A DNA stretch of 64,000 bases, taken from Candidatus Krumholzibacteriales bacterium. GTDB taxonomy: Bacteria; Krumholzibacteriota; Krumholzibacteriia; Krumholzibacteriales; WJIX01. This document shows, piece after piece, positions 18,351 through 26,754 of this stretch. The stretch is from assembly GCA_046483305.1 (NCBI GenBank), contig JAWODM010000043.1, forward strand, positions 33,880 through 97,879. Reading direction: 5' to 3'. The first letter of the stretch is position 1; each line of letters begins with the position of its first letter. Both the position numbers and the translations under genes were made by a program. A model generated the notes under the pieces. That model was not told the DNA's origin. It saw only the letters and a program-made list of their open reading frames with translations, and searched no databases.

Positions 18351-20804
18351 CTACCGCATCAGCACCATCTTCCTGGTCTGGACATAACCTTCGGTCTTCA
18401 GACGGTAGAAATAAACCCCGCTGGCAACGCCCCTGGCGTTCCACTCGAAGTCATGGATACCGGCTTCCAGGTTCCTGTCCACCAGTGTCTTGACCAGTTC
18501 GCCCTTAACGTTGTAGATGCTCAGTGTGACGTAACCGCTCTCGGGCAGGGAGAACCCTATCCTGGTTACCGGATTGAACGGGTTCGGGTAGTTCTGGAAG
18601 AGGTGATAGATCTCCGGGACTTCCTCGCCCGCCAACATCTCTTCCTTGCTTACCATGAATACATCCCCGCTCTCGCAGGCCTTGGTTACATTATTGGCAG
18701 CTGAATCATAAGTCCAGCCGCTCATGGTCACGTTGGTAACCTCGAAACACCATTCTGCGGATGAACCCCAGGTATAACTGCTATAGAACGTAACCTGTCC
18801 GTTGCTGTCGGTGCTGCCGCTGGTGCTTCCGGAGGTGGGCCCGGTGAAATTACCGTAAACGGTGGCCCCCGATACGGGGTTGTTGTTCTGATCAACGATG
18901 GTAACTCTTGCCGCGCCGCGCCTTAAGAACCACCAGCTCTGGCGCCATACGTCTATCGAGCTGACGTGCATGGAGTACTGCGCCGGCTCGGTCACGGTAA
19001 TGTAATCTACCTTGGTTTCGGTATCAGAGCCGTACGCATTGGATGCGGTAAGCTCCACCGTGTATGTCCCCGCCGAACTGTACTGGTGGCTGGGGTTCTG
19101 GTAGGTGGAGGTAGCCCCGTCGCCGAAATCCCAGCTCCAGGAGGTCGGACTGTTGCTGGACTGGTCGGTGAAGCTGACCGTAAGTGGCGCATCCCCCGAA
19201 GTGGGAGAGCCGGTAAAATCTGCAACCGGCGGGCTGCCCGGCTCGCTTACGGTAATGTAATCGACCTTGGTCTCGGTGTCCGAGCCGTACGCGTTGGATG
19301 CGGTAAGCTCCACCGTGTAGGTCCCCGCCGAACTGTACTGGTGGCTGGGGTTCTGGGCGGTGGAGGTTGCCCCGTCGCCGAAGTCCCAGCTCCAGGAGGT
19401 CGGATTGTTGCTGGACTGGTCGGTGAAGCTGACCGTAAGCGGCGCATCCCCCGAAGTGGGAGAGCCGGCAAAGCCGGCAACCGGCGGGTTGCCGCTTCCA
19501 CCCTGAGCTTCAAGCACGGCGTCGTAGGCATTGACCTTGCCATAGCCGTAGTACTGGTCCCATCCCGAAGCGCCCAGGTCGGTAGCGGTACTCTGAAGTA
19601 TATCCCTTACCTCCGCGGGGGTCATCGACCCTCCGCCGGCCGCGATGACCATCGCCGCCACGCCCGCTACATGGGGAGAGGCCATGGAGGTGCCCTCATA
19701 GAAGTAGTAACCGAAATCAGTGGGAGCTCCCGAAGCGAAGGCCTGCTGAAGGATTCCGTCGCCGTATCCGTCGCCGTTCTGATCGACACTGACATCCCCG
19801 CCGGGGGCGCAGATATCTATCGTCGATCCGTAACATGAATAGTCGGTAATACTATTATCGTACCTTACCGCCGAAACCGAAATGCACTCGCTGTATGCCG
19901 CGGGGTACTGCGGCGAGCTGGTGCCGGCGTTTCCGGCGGCGCATACTATGGTGACACCCGCATTGTGGGCGTACTGAACAGCGTTGTGCAGGGTGGTTGA
20001 CCCGCTGCCTCCCCCGAGGCTCATATTAATCACCTGGCAGCCGTTATCGGCGGCATAGTAAATGCCGTCAGCTATATCGGTTATGTAGCCCGAACCGTTT
20101 GAATCCAGCACCTTGATCGGCATTATGGTGCAGTTGAATGCGGTGCCGGCAACTCCCAGGTTGTTGTTGGTGGACTGGGCCACTGTTCCGCAGACGTGGG
20201 TTCCGTGCGCCTGGTCGTCATTCGCGTGAGAATCGTTATTCACGAAATCGTACCCGGCAACAAAGCTGGTGTTGGCCAGGTCCGGAGCCTGCTGATAAGA
20301 ACCGTAATCCTCATAGGCAACCCCGGTATCGATTATTCCAACCAGGACACCGCTGCCGGTCGATTCGTCCCAGGCGGGCCCCATGCTGATGGATGGGAAA
20401 TGCCACTGGTAAGTATAATAGGGGTCATTGGGCGTCATGTATGCATGGTAGATGTAGTTCGGTTCCGCGTATTCAACTTCCGGGTTATTCCTGTAGAATT
20501 CCAGGGCCTGTTCCATGGAACTCCCTTCCGGAACCGATATCCTCCTGAACCCTCCCCTCCGGCTCACCGACAGCTCCTCGGCGCCCTGCGCGAGCAGCAG
20601 CCGGCCGGCTTCTCTACTGTCTACGCCTTTCCTGAACTTGACAATTATCTCACCCTCCGCGTAATCTCTCTGCGGCGCCCCCGAGGCTACCGAAAGAGCC
20701 TTTACCCTGAACTCGGCGGCGGCCATAGAGTCGCCCGCAGAGAAAGCGATGATGAGACAAATTGTCAGTGCCAGGGAAAACGAACTGATTATTCTTCTTT
20801 TCAT
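18351..20804 (-). CDS. Secreted S8 subtilisin-like protease with two PKD domains and C-terminal sorting domain
   Basis: IIDTG, HGTHV, AAGN, GTSMASPHVAG; two WSWDFGDG repeats; QNYPNPFNP...GVYFY tail; GGAGGA before ATG 20804. Confidence 0.95.
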   Translation of the reverse strand: MKRRIISSFSLALTICLIIAFSAGDSMAAAEFRVKALSVASGAPQRDYAEGEIIVKFRKGVDSREAGRLLLAQGAEELSVSRRGGFRRISVPEGSSMEQALEFYRNNPEVEYAEPNYIYHAYMTPNDPYYTYQWHFPSISMGPAWDESTGSGVLVGIIDTGVAYEDYGSYQQAPDLANTSFVAGYDFVNNDSHANDDQAHGTHVCGTVAQSTNNNLGVAGTAFNCTIMPIKVLDSNGSGYITDIADGIYYAADNGCQVINMSLGGGSGSTTLHNAVQYAHNAGVTIVCAAGNAGTSSPQYPAAYSECISVSAVRYDNSITDYSCYGSTIDICAPGGDVSVDQNGDGYGDGILQQAFASGAPTDFGYYFYEGTSMASPHVAGVAAMVIAAGGGSMTPAEVRDILQSTATDLGASGWDQYYGYGKVNAYDAVLEAQGGSGNPPVAGFAGSPTSGDAPLTVSFTDQSSNNPTSWSWDFGDGATSTAQNPSHQYSSAGTYTVELTASNAYGSDTETKVDYITVSEPGSPPVADFTGSPTSGDAPLTVSFTDQSSNSPTSWSWDFGDGATSTYQNPSHQYSSAGTYTVELTASNAYGSDTETKVDYITVTEPAQYSMHVSSIDVWRQSWWFLRRGAARVTIVDQNNNPVSGATVYGNFTGPTSGSTSGSTDSNGQVTFYSSYTWGSSAEWCFEVTNVTMSGWTYDSAANNVTKACESGDVFMVSKEEMLAGEEVPEIYHLFQNYPNPFNPVTRIGFSLPESGYVTLSIYNVKGELVKTLVDRNLEAGIHDFEWNARGVASGVYFYRLKTEGYVQTRKMVLMR
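18984..19487 (-). repeat. Intragenic tandem duplication (255-bp period, PKD domains)
   Basis: Copies begin at 19487 and 19232; near-identical protein with mostly synonymous differences. Confidence 0.92.
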
Positions 20805-20868
20805 TTTGCTGACATCCTCCTTAAATTGAAAATATTCTCTTAACTGAAAATCCGTGAATATCTTTAAT

Positions 20869-20938
20869 GTTATCACCCCCCTTATTATTTTAGCCTTAAA
20901 CAGAACATAACGATATGCCGCCGGTTATCACCCCCCTT
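20869..20938 (-). repeat. Identical 15-bp direct repeat AAGGGGGGTGATAAC in the S8 leader
   Basis: Copies at 20869-20883 and 20924-20938. Confidence 0.85.
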
Positions 20939-21068
20939 CGCGCCCTGGGCCAGGCAGAAAGCCGCTTTTGGGCAAAGAACGCACCTTGCCCTGGATTTCC
21001 GAACCCCCAGATATGATACTGGTCCCCGCATCCTGTTATGTGATAAAAGAACCCGCTTTGCCCTGAAA

Positions 21069-21098
21069 AATGTATCAGTAGAAATCGCGGTCTGTCAA
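21069..21098 (-). promoter_or_regulatory. Sigma70-like promoter for S8 protease
   Basis: TTGACA-N18-TACATT with TGn extension. Confidence 0.55.
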
Positions 21099-21111
21099 GA
21101 GAAATATGCCG

Positions 21112-21152
21112 TTGGAGTTTCCCCGGTTTTAAGTGTCAGAGAGCGGCAGCCG
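21112..21152. repeat. Direct repeat copy 1 flanking the Trk/two-component module
   Basis: TTGGAGTTTCCCCGGTTTTAAGTGTCAGAGAGCGGCAGCCG; matches 26712-26753. Confidence 0.85.
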
Positions 21153-21475
21153 GGACCTTCCTGCACCGCGCTGTCAAATGGGGCAGGAAAGGCCCCCTGA
21201 AGTTTCCCGGAAGCTTATGTTCTACGGATCATAGCCCTGCTTCATACACTTTATCTTCTCCTCAACCTCCCCGCCAGGACAGTCCACCACCGATCAGTAT
21301 CCGGTAACGGTTCCTCAAATACGGAATCCTTGACTTCAGACGCAGACCGTCCGATAAAAGCCCTCGCAGGGATATTCATACTCCGGCTTCTGTAAACTGG
21401 ATTTTACCGCGGGTTTGCTCAAACATGAAATAGCGGGATTGCGGTTGAACCTGAATTATAATCAGAAAAGTTCCT

Positions 21476-22954
21476 CTACTTTCGTGTCAGCATCAGCCGG
21501 CCGTCCCTGCCGATCTTGAGCAGACTGACGACTACCACGAAAAACTCGAGCCGGCCAAGAAACATAGCCAGAATCTCCGCCCAGAGAGCCGTATCGGACA
21601 TTCCGGCGGAAGTCACGCCCACTGACAACCCGACGGTTCCGATAGCGGAAGCGAATTCAAACAGTGAATCGCCAAGGCCGTATCCGCAGGCGCACAAAAC
21701 AAGGGCCCCGGATACGTATGTCGCCAGGTAAACGAAAGCAAAAACCGCCGTCTTCCGAATTCTGCCGTCATCCACAAAAACACGGCGATTCCCCTCCCAG
21801 ACAGGCCTCTCCAGTATCGCGGTCCCGGGCATGAGATGCCGCCTGATTTCCCAGAAAAACGACTTCATCAACAGAAAGACCCTGAATTGTTTTATGCCGC
21901 CGGCAGTAGAACATGTGCCCCCTCCGATAATCATCAGGAGTATAATAAGCAGCATTCCGGAAGCGGGCCAATTTCCATAAGAGACGGTAGTGTACCCTGT
22001 AGTAGTAATCGCCGTCACTGTTTCGAAAACCGCGGCCCTCACTGATTTCCCAAGCTGGGGATAGATCGCCTGGCAGGTAAACAGGAACATGATAATGGAG
22101 GAAAGAAGAATCATCACGGCCAGCAGCCGGACCTCTCCATTTCTTGCCACAACGCGGATTTTGCCCCTCCACAGGAACCAGGCGGTGACAAAGCTCATAT
22201 TCCCGAGAATCATAAGAGGGAGGGTTACCGCCTCTATGGCTGTCGAATTCCAGAATCCGATGCTTTCCTGGTGAGTTGAAAATCCCCCCGTGGATACCGC
22301 TGCGAATGAGTGGTTCAACGCATCGAAAGGAGACATGCCCGCAACCCAGTATGCCAGCGTTCCGCCTGCGGCATAGCAGGCATAGATGACCAGAACCAGG
22401 CGCGCGGATTTCTTGACGTTCGGCACGAGCTGATCGCTTCGCCCTTCGGCCCTCGATATGCCCGCCCCAGCGGGGCCTACAATCGCGGACATCATGATGA
22501 TGGCCAGTCCCGCCCCGCCGGCCAGCTGAATAACGCTGCGCCAGATAAGAACCAGGGGGCCTGCTCCCGTTACATCCACAACGGAGAGTCCGGTAGTGGT
22601 CCACCCGCTGACCGACTCAAACAGGGCCCTTGAAAAGGAAAGCCCGAGAATCCGAGCAAAGGGCCACGCAGAGAAGAGTATTACCACGGTCCAGCTGAGG
22701 AGAACGATTATGCCGCCCTCCTGGTTGGAGAGCGTTATACTTGAAGCCGGGCGAAACAGCCTCCACAGCAGGAACCCCAACAGGATCAGGCACCCGGCCG
22801 GGATGACGAATGATAGTGCGTGGGCGGCTTCTCCCCGGTGCTTCAGCATAACAAGCAGCGGCGTCAGCATGACAATGCCCGATATAAGAAGAATTATTCC
22901 AATAGATGACAATATAGAAGCGTAGCGTTGTCTGAGATATTCCTTTTCCCGCAA
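21476..22954 (-). CDS. trkH: TrkH-family potassium uptake membrane protein
   Basis: Pore loops SGWTTTG, STGGFS, TTTGY, SAIGTVGLS; GSTAGGIK-like motif; GRLE. Confidence 0.93.
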   Translation of the reverse strand: MREKEYLRQRYASILSSIGIILLISGIVMLTPLLVMLKHRGEAAHALSFVIPAGCLILLGFLLWRLFRPASSITLSNQEGGIIVLLSWTVVILFSAWPFARILGLSFSRALFESVSGWTTTGLSVVDVTGAGPLVLIWRSVIQLAGGAGLAIIMMSAIVGPAGAGISRAEGRSDQLVPNVKKSARLVLVIYACYAAGGTLAYWVAGMSPFDALNHSFAAVSTGGFSTHQESIGFWNSTAIEAVTLPLMILGNMSFVTAWFLWRGKIRVVARNGEVRLLAVMILLSSIIMFLFTCQAIYPQLGKSVRAAVFETVTAITTTGYTTVSYGNWPASGMLLIILLMIIGGGTCSTAGGIKQFRVFLLMKSFFWEIRRHLMPGTAILERPVWEGNRRVFVDDGRIRKTAVFAFVYLATYVSGALVLCACGYGLGDSLFEFASAIGTVGLSVGVTSAGMSDTALWAEILAMFLGRLEFFVVVVSLLKIGRDGRLMLTRK

Positions 22955-22966
22955 ATTGCCTTACCT

Positions 22967-23629
22967 CTATTCTGGTTCGCCCGTAAACGCCTTGAGAACG
23001 GGGCCGTGGTTTTCCGGAAGCGTAATAAGCACTATCCGGTCGCCCACCCTCAGTTCATGGGACCCGCTGGGGACAATCGTTTCGTTGCCGCGGATTACCA
23101 CCGCAACCAGGGAGTTTTCGGGAAAGTCCATATCTTTTAACCGTTTCCCGGTTGCTGGCGAATCGGCATCAAGCTCAATCTCTGTTAAGTTCACCCGGCC
23201 TTCTCCCACCGGCAACAGGTTGGTTATCTGTTCCAGAGATGCCCTCTGCTCTATTAAACTCCCTATGATGCGGGTTGTTGAAAAAGCAGATATTCCGAGC
23301 TTTTCAAATACTCCCGCATTATCGGGGTCGTTTGCCAGCGCCACCGTTCTGGGTACCCCGAACTGCATGGCGGCGAGCTGGCAGGCTACCAGATTGTCCT
23401 GGTCGTTCGGAGTGACTGCCAATACGGCGTCAGCCCCCATGGCTCCTGCTTCCTTGAGTATTTTTGCATCGCTCCCGTCGCCGCAAATCACCGTGACTGA
23501 AAGCTGCCTTGCCAGCTTGGCACATTCCGCCTCATCCCGGTTTATAAGTATTACCTTGAACCCCTTTTCGGTGAAGTTACGGCAAAGAAAATACAGCATC
23601 TTCCCGCCGCCGACTATGAGAACCTTCAT
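22967..23629 (-). CDS. trkA: TrkA-family RCK subunit (TrkA_N + TrkA_C)
   Basis: MKVLIVGGGK, GDGSD, TPNDQDN, C-terminal GDRIV; ATGA overlap with the upstream gene. Confidence 0.9.
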   Translation of the reverse strand: MKVLIVGGGKMLYFLCRNFTEKGFKVILINRDEAECAKLARQLSVTVICGDGSDAKILKEAGAMGADAVLAVTPNDQDNLVACQLAAMQFGVPRTVALANDPDNAGVFEKLGISAFSTTRIIGSLIEQRASLEQITNLLPVGEGRVNLTEIELDADSPATGKRLKDMDFPENSLVAVVIRGNETIVPSGSHELRVGDRIVLITLPENHGPVLKAFTGEPE

Positions 23630-24066
23630 TTCCGCCCCCCCTTCTCCTCGTCGGCGCCGGAGGAAATGGCCCGAAGGAACAGGTCTGCGGCAACTGATGT
23701 AGGACAAATGGTATCGACACCCCATCGAGTGTAGACTTCCTCCCTCTCGGGGTCGAACACTCTTGCCAGTACGCGCGAGACCCCGAAAATCTTCATGGCC
23801 ACCTGGGCCAGCATCAGATTAATGTTATCATCGTGGGTTGTCGCAATAAGTATGTCCGCGTCATCCAGTTTTGCTTCTTTCAGAACATTCATTTGAGTGG
23901 CGTCGCCGCCGACGCAGAAGCCGCTGAAATCCGGCGAAAGGTGGCCGAATGTTTCCTCGTTACTGTCGATAATCACCACCGAATTCCCCTCACGGCTCAG
24001 GTGGTTGGCAAGATATGAACCAAGTCGCCCGCATCCTACGATAAGTATGTAACGATTACTTTTCAT
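23626..24066 (-). CDS. TrkA_N-only RCK subunit
   Basis: IVGCGRLG, GDAT, TTHDDNIN. Confidence 0.88.
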   Translation of the reverse strand: MKSNRYILIVGCGRLGSYLANHLSREGNSVVIIDSNEETFGHLSPDFSGFCVGGDATQMNVLKEAKLDDADILIATTHDDNINLMLAQVAMKIFGVSRVLARVFDPEREEVYTRWGVDTICPTSVAADLFLRAISSGADEEKGGRK

Positions 24067-24766
24067 CCCTGTCCTCTTCGCCGGTGTCACTTGCTTTTCT
24101 ATGACCCAGGTCTATATTACCGGCCTTGTTCGTGGAGGTGATTCGCTCCAGATTACTCCAGGCCGGTTTATACGTGGAATCAATGTCCAGGGCGGCCCTA
24201 TAGAATTTGCGGGCCTCTATCAAGTCGTCTTTTATCTCGAACAACACTCCCATAAGGTTGTAGGCTTCCGACTGGGACGGATCGGCAGCGATGGCCTTGC
24301 GGACCATTTCACGGGCGCCTGAAAAATTCCGGTCTGAGATATACCGCTTCGCTCCCTCGATCAAAGAGCGGTAATCTGCCGCGCTTTCCTTATCCAGTTC
24401 CTCCCTGGCCTGCACCTGGATGGCCAGATCCCGAACTTCTCCCGGGCTGAATGGTTTCTGGATAAAATCCGCGGCGCCGAGTTTCATCGCTTCCACAGCG
24501 GTCTCTATTGTTCCATGCGCGGTTATGATGATCACCCGGATCTCGGACCGGTCGTCCCTGACCTTTCTCAAAACCTCCATCCCGCTCATTCCGGGCATCT
24601 TCAGGTCCAGAAACATCAATCCGTAATCCCCCCTATTTATTTTCTGAAGGGCTTCTTCTCCGTTTACAGCCGTCTCAACCGGAACTCCCAGTGGCTCCAG
24701 CGCCTGTGACATGGTAAGGCGGATGTTCTTTTCGTCGTCCACTACCAGAATAGGTTTCTTTTCCAT
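24056..24766 (-). CDS. Response regulator with C-terminal TPR domain
   Basis: LVVDDE, LDLKMPG, ITAHG, KPF; C-terminal AYNLMG...YKPAWSNL TPR; AGGAGG before ATG. Confidence 0.88.
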   Translation of the reverse strand: MEKKPILVVDDEKNIRLTMSQALEPLGVPVETAVNGEEALQKINRGDYGLMFLDLKMPGMSGMEVLRKVRDDRSEIRVIIITAHGTIETAVEAMKLGAADFIQKPFSPGEVRDLAIQVQAREELDKESAADYRSLIEGAKRYISDRNFSGAREMVRKAIAADPSQSEAYNLMGVLFEIKDDLIEARKFYRAALDIDSTYKPAWSNLERITSTNKAGNIDLGHRKASDTGEEDRDEK

Positions 24767-24780
24767 AAGTTCCTCCTGCT

Positions 24781-26610
24781 CTAGATTGCGGGAAGCGTGA
24801 AAGTGAATTTGCTGCCTTGCCCGGGGGGCGATTCCACCCAAATCGCCCCTCCGTGGGCTCGAACTATTTCCTTGGAAATGGCCAGCCCCAGTCCAGTGCC
24901 ACCAGTCTCACGGCCTTCAACCTGGACAAATCTCTGGAATATTCTTGACTGATATTCTGTTGGAATTCCCGGCCCGTCATCGCTCACGGACAGGTGTATA
25001 TGGGGACCGACTCGCTGAGCGGCGATTTCTATATGGCCGCCCTCTCCGATATACCGTAGAGCGTTGGATATCAGATTGGTCAGCACCCATGTAATCTTGT
25101 TAGTATCTGCTCGAACAAGGAGAGGGTCCTCGGCCAGCCTGGTGTCGAGAGTAACTCCCTTCATTCCCAACTGGCTCTTGAAAATCTCCTCCACATTATC
25201 TATCAGCACCGGGACGGGGACGCTCTCGAATTCAAGCTCGATTCTTCCCGACTCAATCCTGGACAGGTCCAGCAGGTCGCTGATCAGTGCCTTCATGCGA
25301 TGAACTTCCTCGTGAGCCGCCTGAAGAAGGTCCCGATCCTTTTCGGCGAGACTCCGGGGAGCCCGCTCAAGAAGAAGGTCCACACTCATTCCAAGACTGG
25401 TAAGCGGCATACGTAATTCGTGCGAGGCGGCCATAATGAATTCGCTCTTAAGCCGCTCCACTTCTTTCATCCTGGTTATGTCCCTGAGCAGCAGCACAAT
25501 GCCCGAAAGACTGCGATCTCTTCCTCTAATGACCGTAATGGAAAAGATGTAGTGACGGGAACGGTCTCCCTCGGCGAAAGTCAGTATCCTGTCTTCATTG
25601 GAAATATCGGGCCGGGTGCCGTTACTGACCGTCTCCCGGATAAGGTCACGGATTTCCGGGTCCGGAATGACATCCTCTAAGTTCATCGTGGAAGTATCGG
25701 CAAATCCCAGATCCAGCATATTACGCGCAGCCGGATTGATGGCGGTTACTTTCAGGCCGGTATCGAAAACCACCAGGCCATCCTCTATACTGGCGAGGAT
25801 CGCCTCTCCCTTGTTCTTCTCCGAGATTATCTGTTCTATGTTCATATCATTGTACCTGTTGAGCTGATTGGCCATTTGATTGAATTCATTGGCCAGCCGG
25901 CCCAACTCATCGCCGGTTTCAACCGGCACCTGCACGGAATAGTCACCCTCGGAAATTTTCCGTGAAGCTTCCATGAAGCTCCTGATAGGCCGAACAATCC
26001 GCTCGGCCAGAATGATGCTGAAGGCCAGGGCCACGATCAGCGCGGAAGCCGCCACCAGCGAAGTCGACCATATAGCCCTCTCGGCGACATTGCCGGCATT
26101 TATGCTGGCAGTGTACATGGTCTTCTCGTTGAGATTGCGCAGATCGAGGCATGTCTCACGCACTCTGGTAAAAACCGGATGAATTTTTTCCCTGTAATAT
26201 CCCGGCCTCAAAGCCGTTTCATCCCTGGCAAGCACATCAGTCAAATCGGAATATTGCCGCCTGTATTCCGCGTAGCCCTCCTCCATTGAACGAATAAGTT
26301 CCGCCTCTCCCTGAATGGTTATGTTGTCCTTGGCGCGGGCCAGCCATTCTATAAAAATCGTTTCATACCTGTTAAACTGGGCGGCCCCTTCTTCCCTTTC
26401 GCCCAGAAATATCAACAGAATTCCGCTATCCTGCCGTTCCAGCGCGTCCACCATATTCTCGGCGGCCAGAATACTCCGGTAGTTTTCGCTGAGAATGGCG
26501 TCGGTGGCCTTGCCAAGGGAAACAAGGTTGACCACCGCCCACGCAATCACCAGTCCCATCAGGGTGAAAGCAACGCCGTATCCAATTAATATTTTCCTCT
26601 TTAACGTCAT
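24781..26610 (-). CDS. Membrane sensor histidine kinase (helical sensor-HAMP-PAS-HisKA-HATPase)
   Basis: Two TM segments; GDELGRLA; ASHELRMPL; NLISNA; DDGPGI; GTGLGL. Confidence 0.93.
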   Translation of the reverse strand: MTLKRKILIGYGVAFTLMGLVIAWAVVNLVSLGKATDAILSENYRSILAAENMVDALERQDSGILLIFLGEREEGAAQFNRYETIFIEWLARAKDNITIQGEAELIRSMEEGYAEYRRQYSDLTDVLARDETALRPGYYREKIHPVFTRVRETCLDLRNLNEKTMYTASINAGNVAERAIWSTSLVAASALIVALAFSIILAERIVRPIRSFMEASRKISEGDYSVQVPVETGDELGRLANEFNQMANQLNRYNDMNIEQIISEKNKGEAILASIEDGLVVFDTGLKVTAINPAARNMLDLGFADTSTMNLEDVIPDPEIRDLIRETVSNGTRPDISNEDRILTFAEGDRSRHYIFSITVIRGRDRSLSGIVLLLRDITRMKEVERLKSEFIMAASHELRMPLTSLGMSVDLLLERAPRSLAEKDRDLLQAAHEEVHRMKALISDLLDLSRIESGRIELEFESVPVPVLIDNVEEIFKSQLGMKGVTLDTRLAEDPLLVRADTNKITWVLTNLISNALRYIGEGGHIEIAAQRVGPHIHLSVSDDGPGIPTEYQSRIFQRFVQVEGRETGGTGLGLAISKEIVRAHGGAIWVESPPGQGSKFTFTLPAI

Positions 26611-26711
26611 GGGCCGAATTCCTTGCAGCCTCAGTGGTTCCCGGCATCCTGCCGGCTGATTTTCATAAGCATTCTATCGAATGGCATTTTAAAAAGCAAA
26701 AGAAATAATAT

Positions 26712-26753
26712 TTGGAGTTTTCCCGGGGTTTAAGTGTCAGAGAGCGGAAGCCG
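26712..26753. repeat. Direct repeat copy 2 flanking the Trk/two-component module
   Basis: TTGGAGTTTTCCCGGGGTTTAAGTGTCAGAGAGCGGAAGCCG. Confidence 0.85.
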
Positions 26754-26754
26754 T

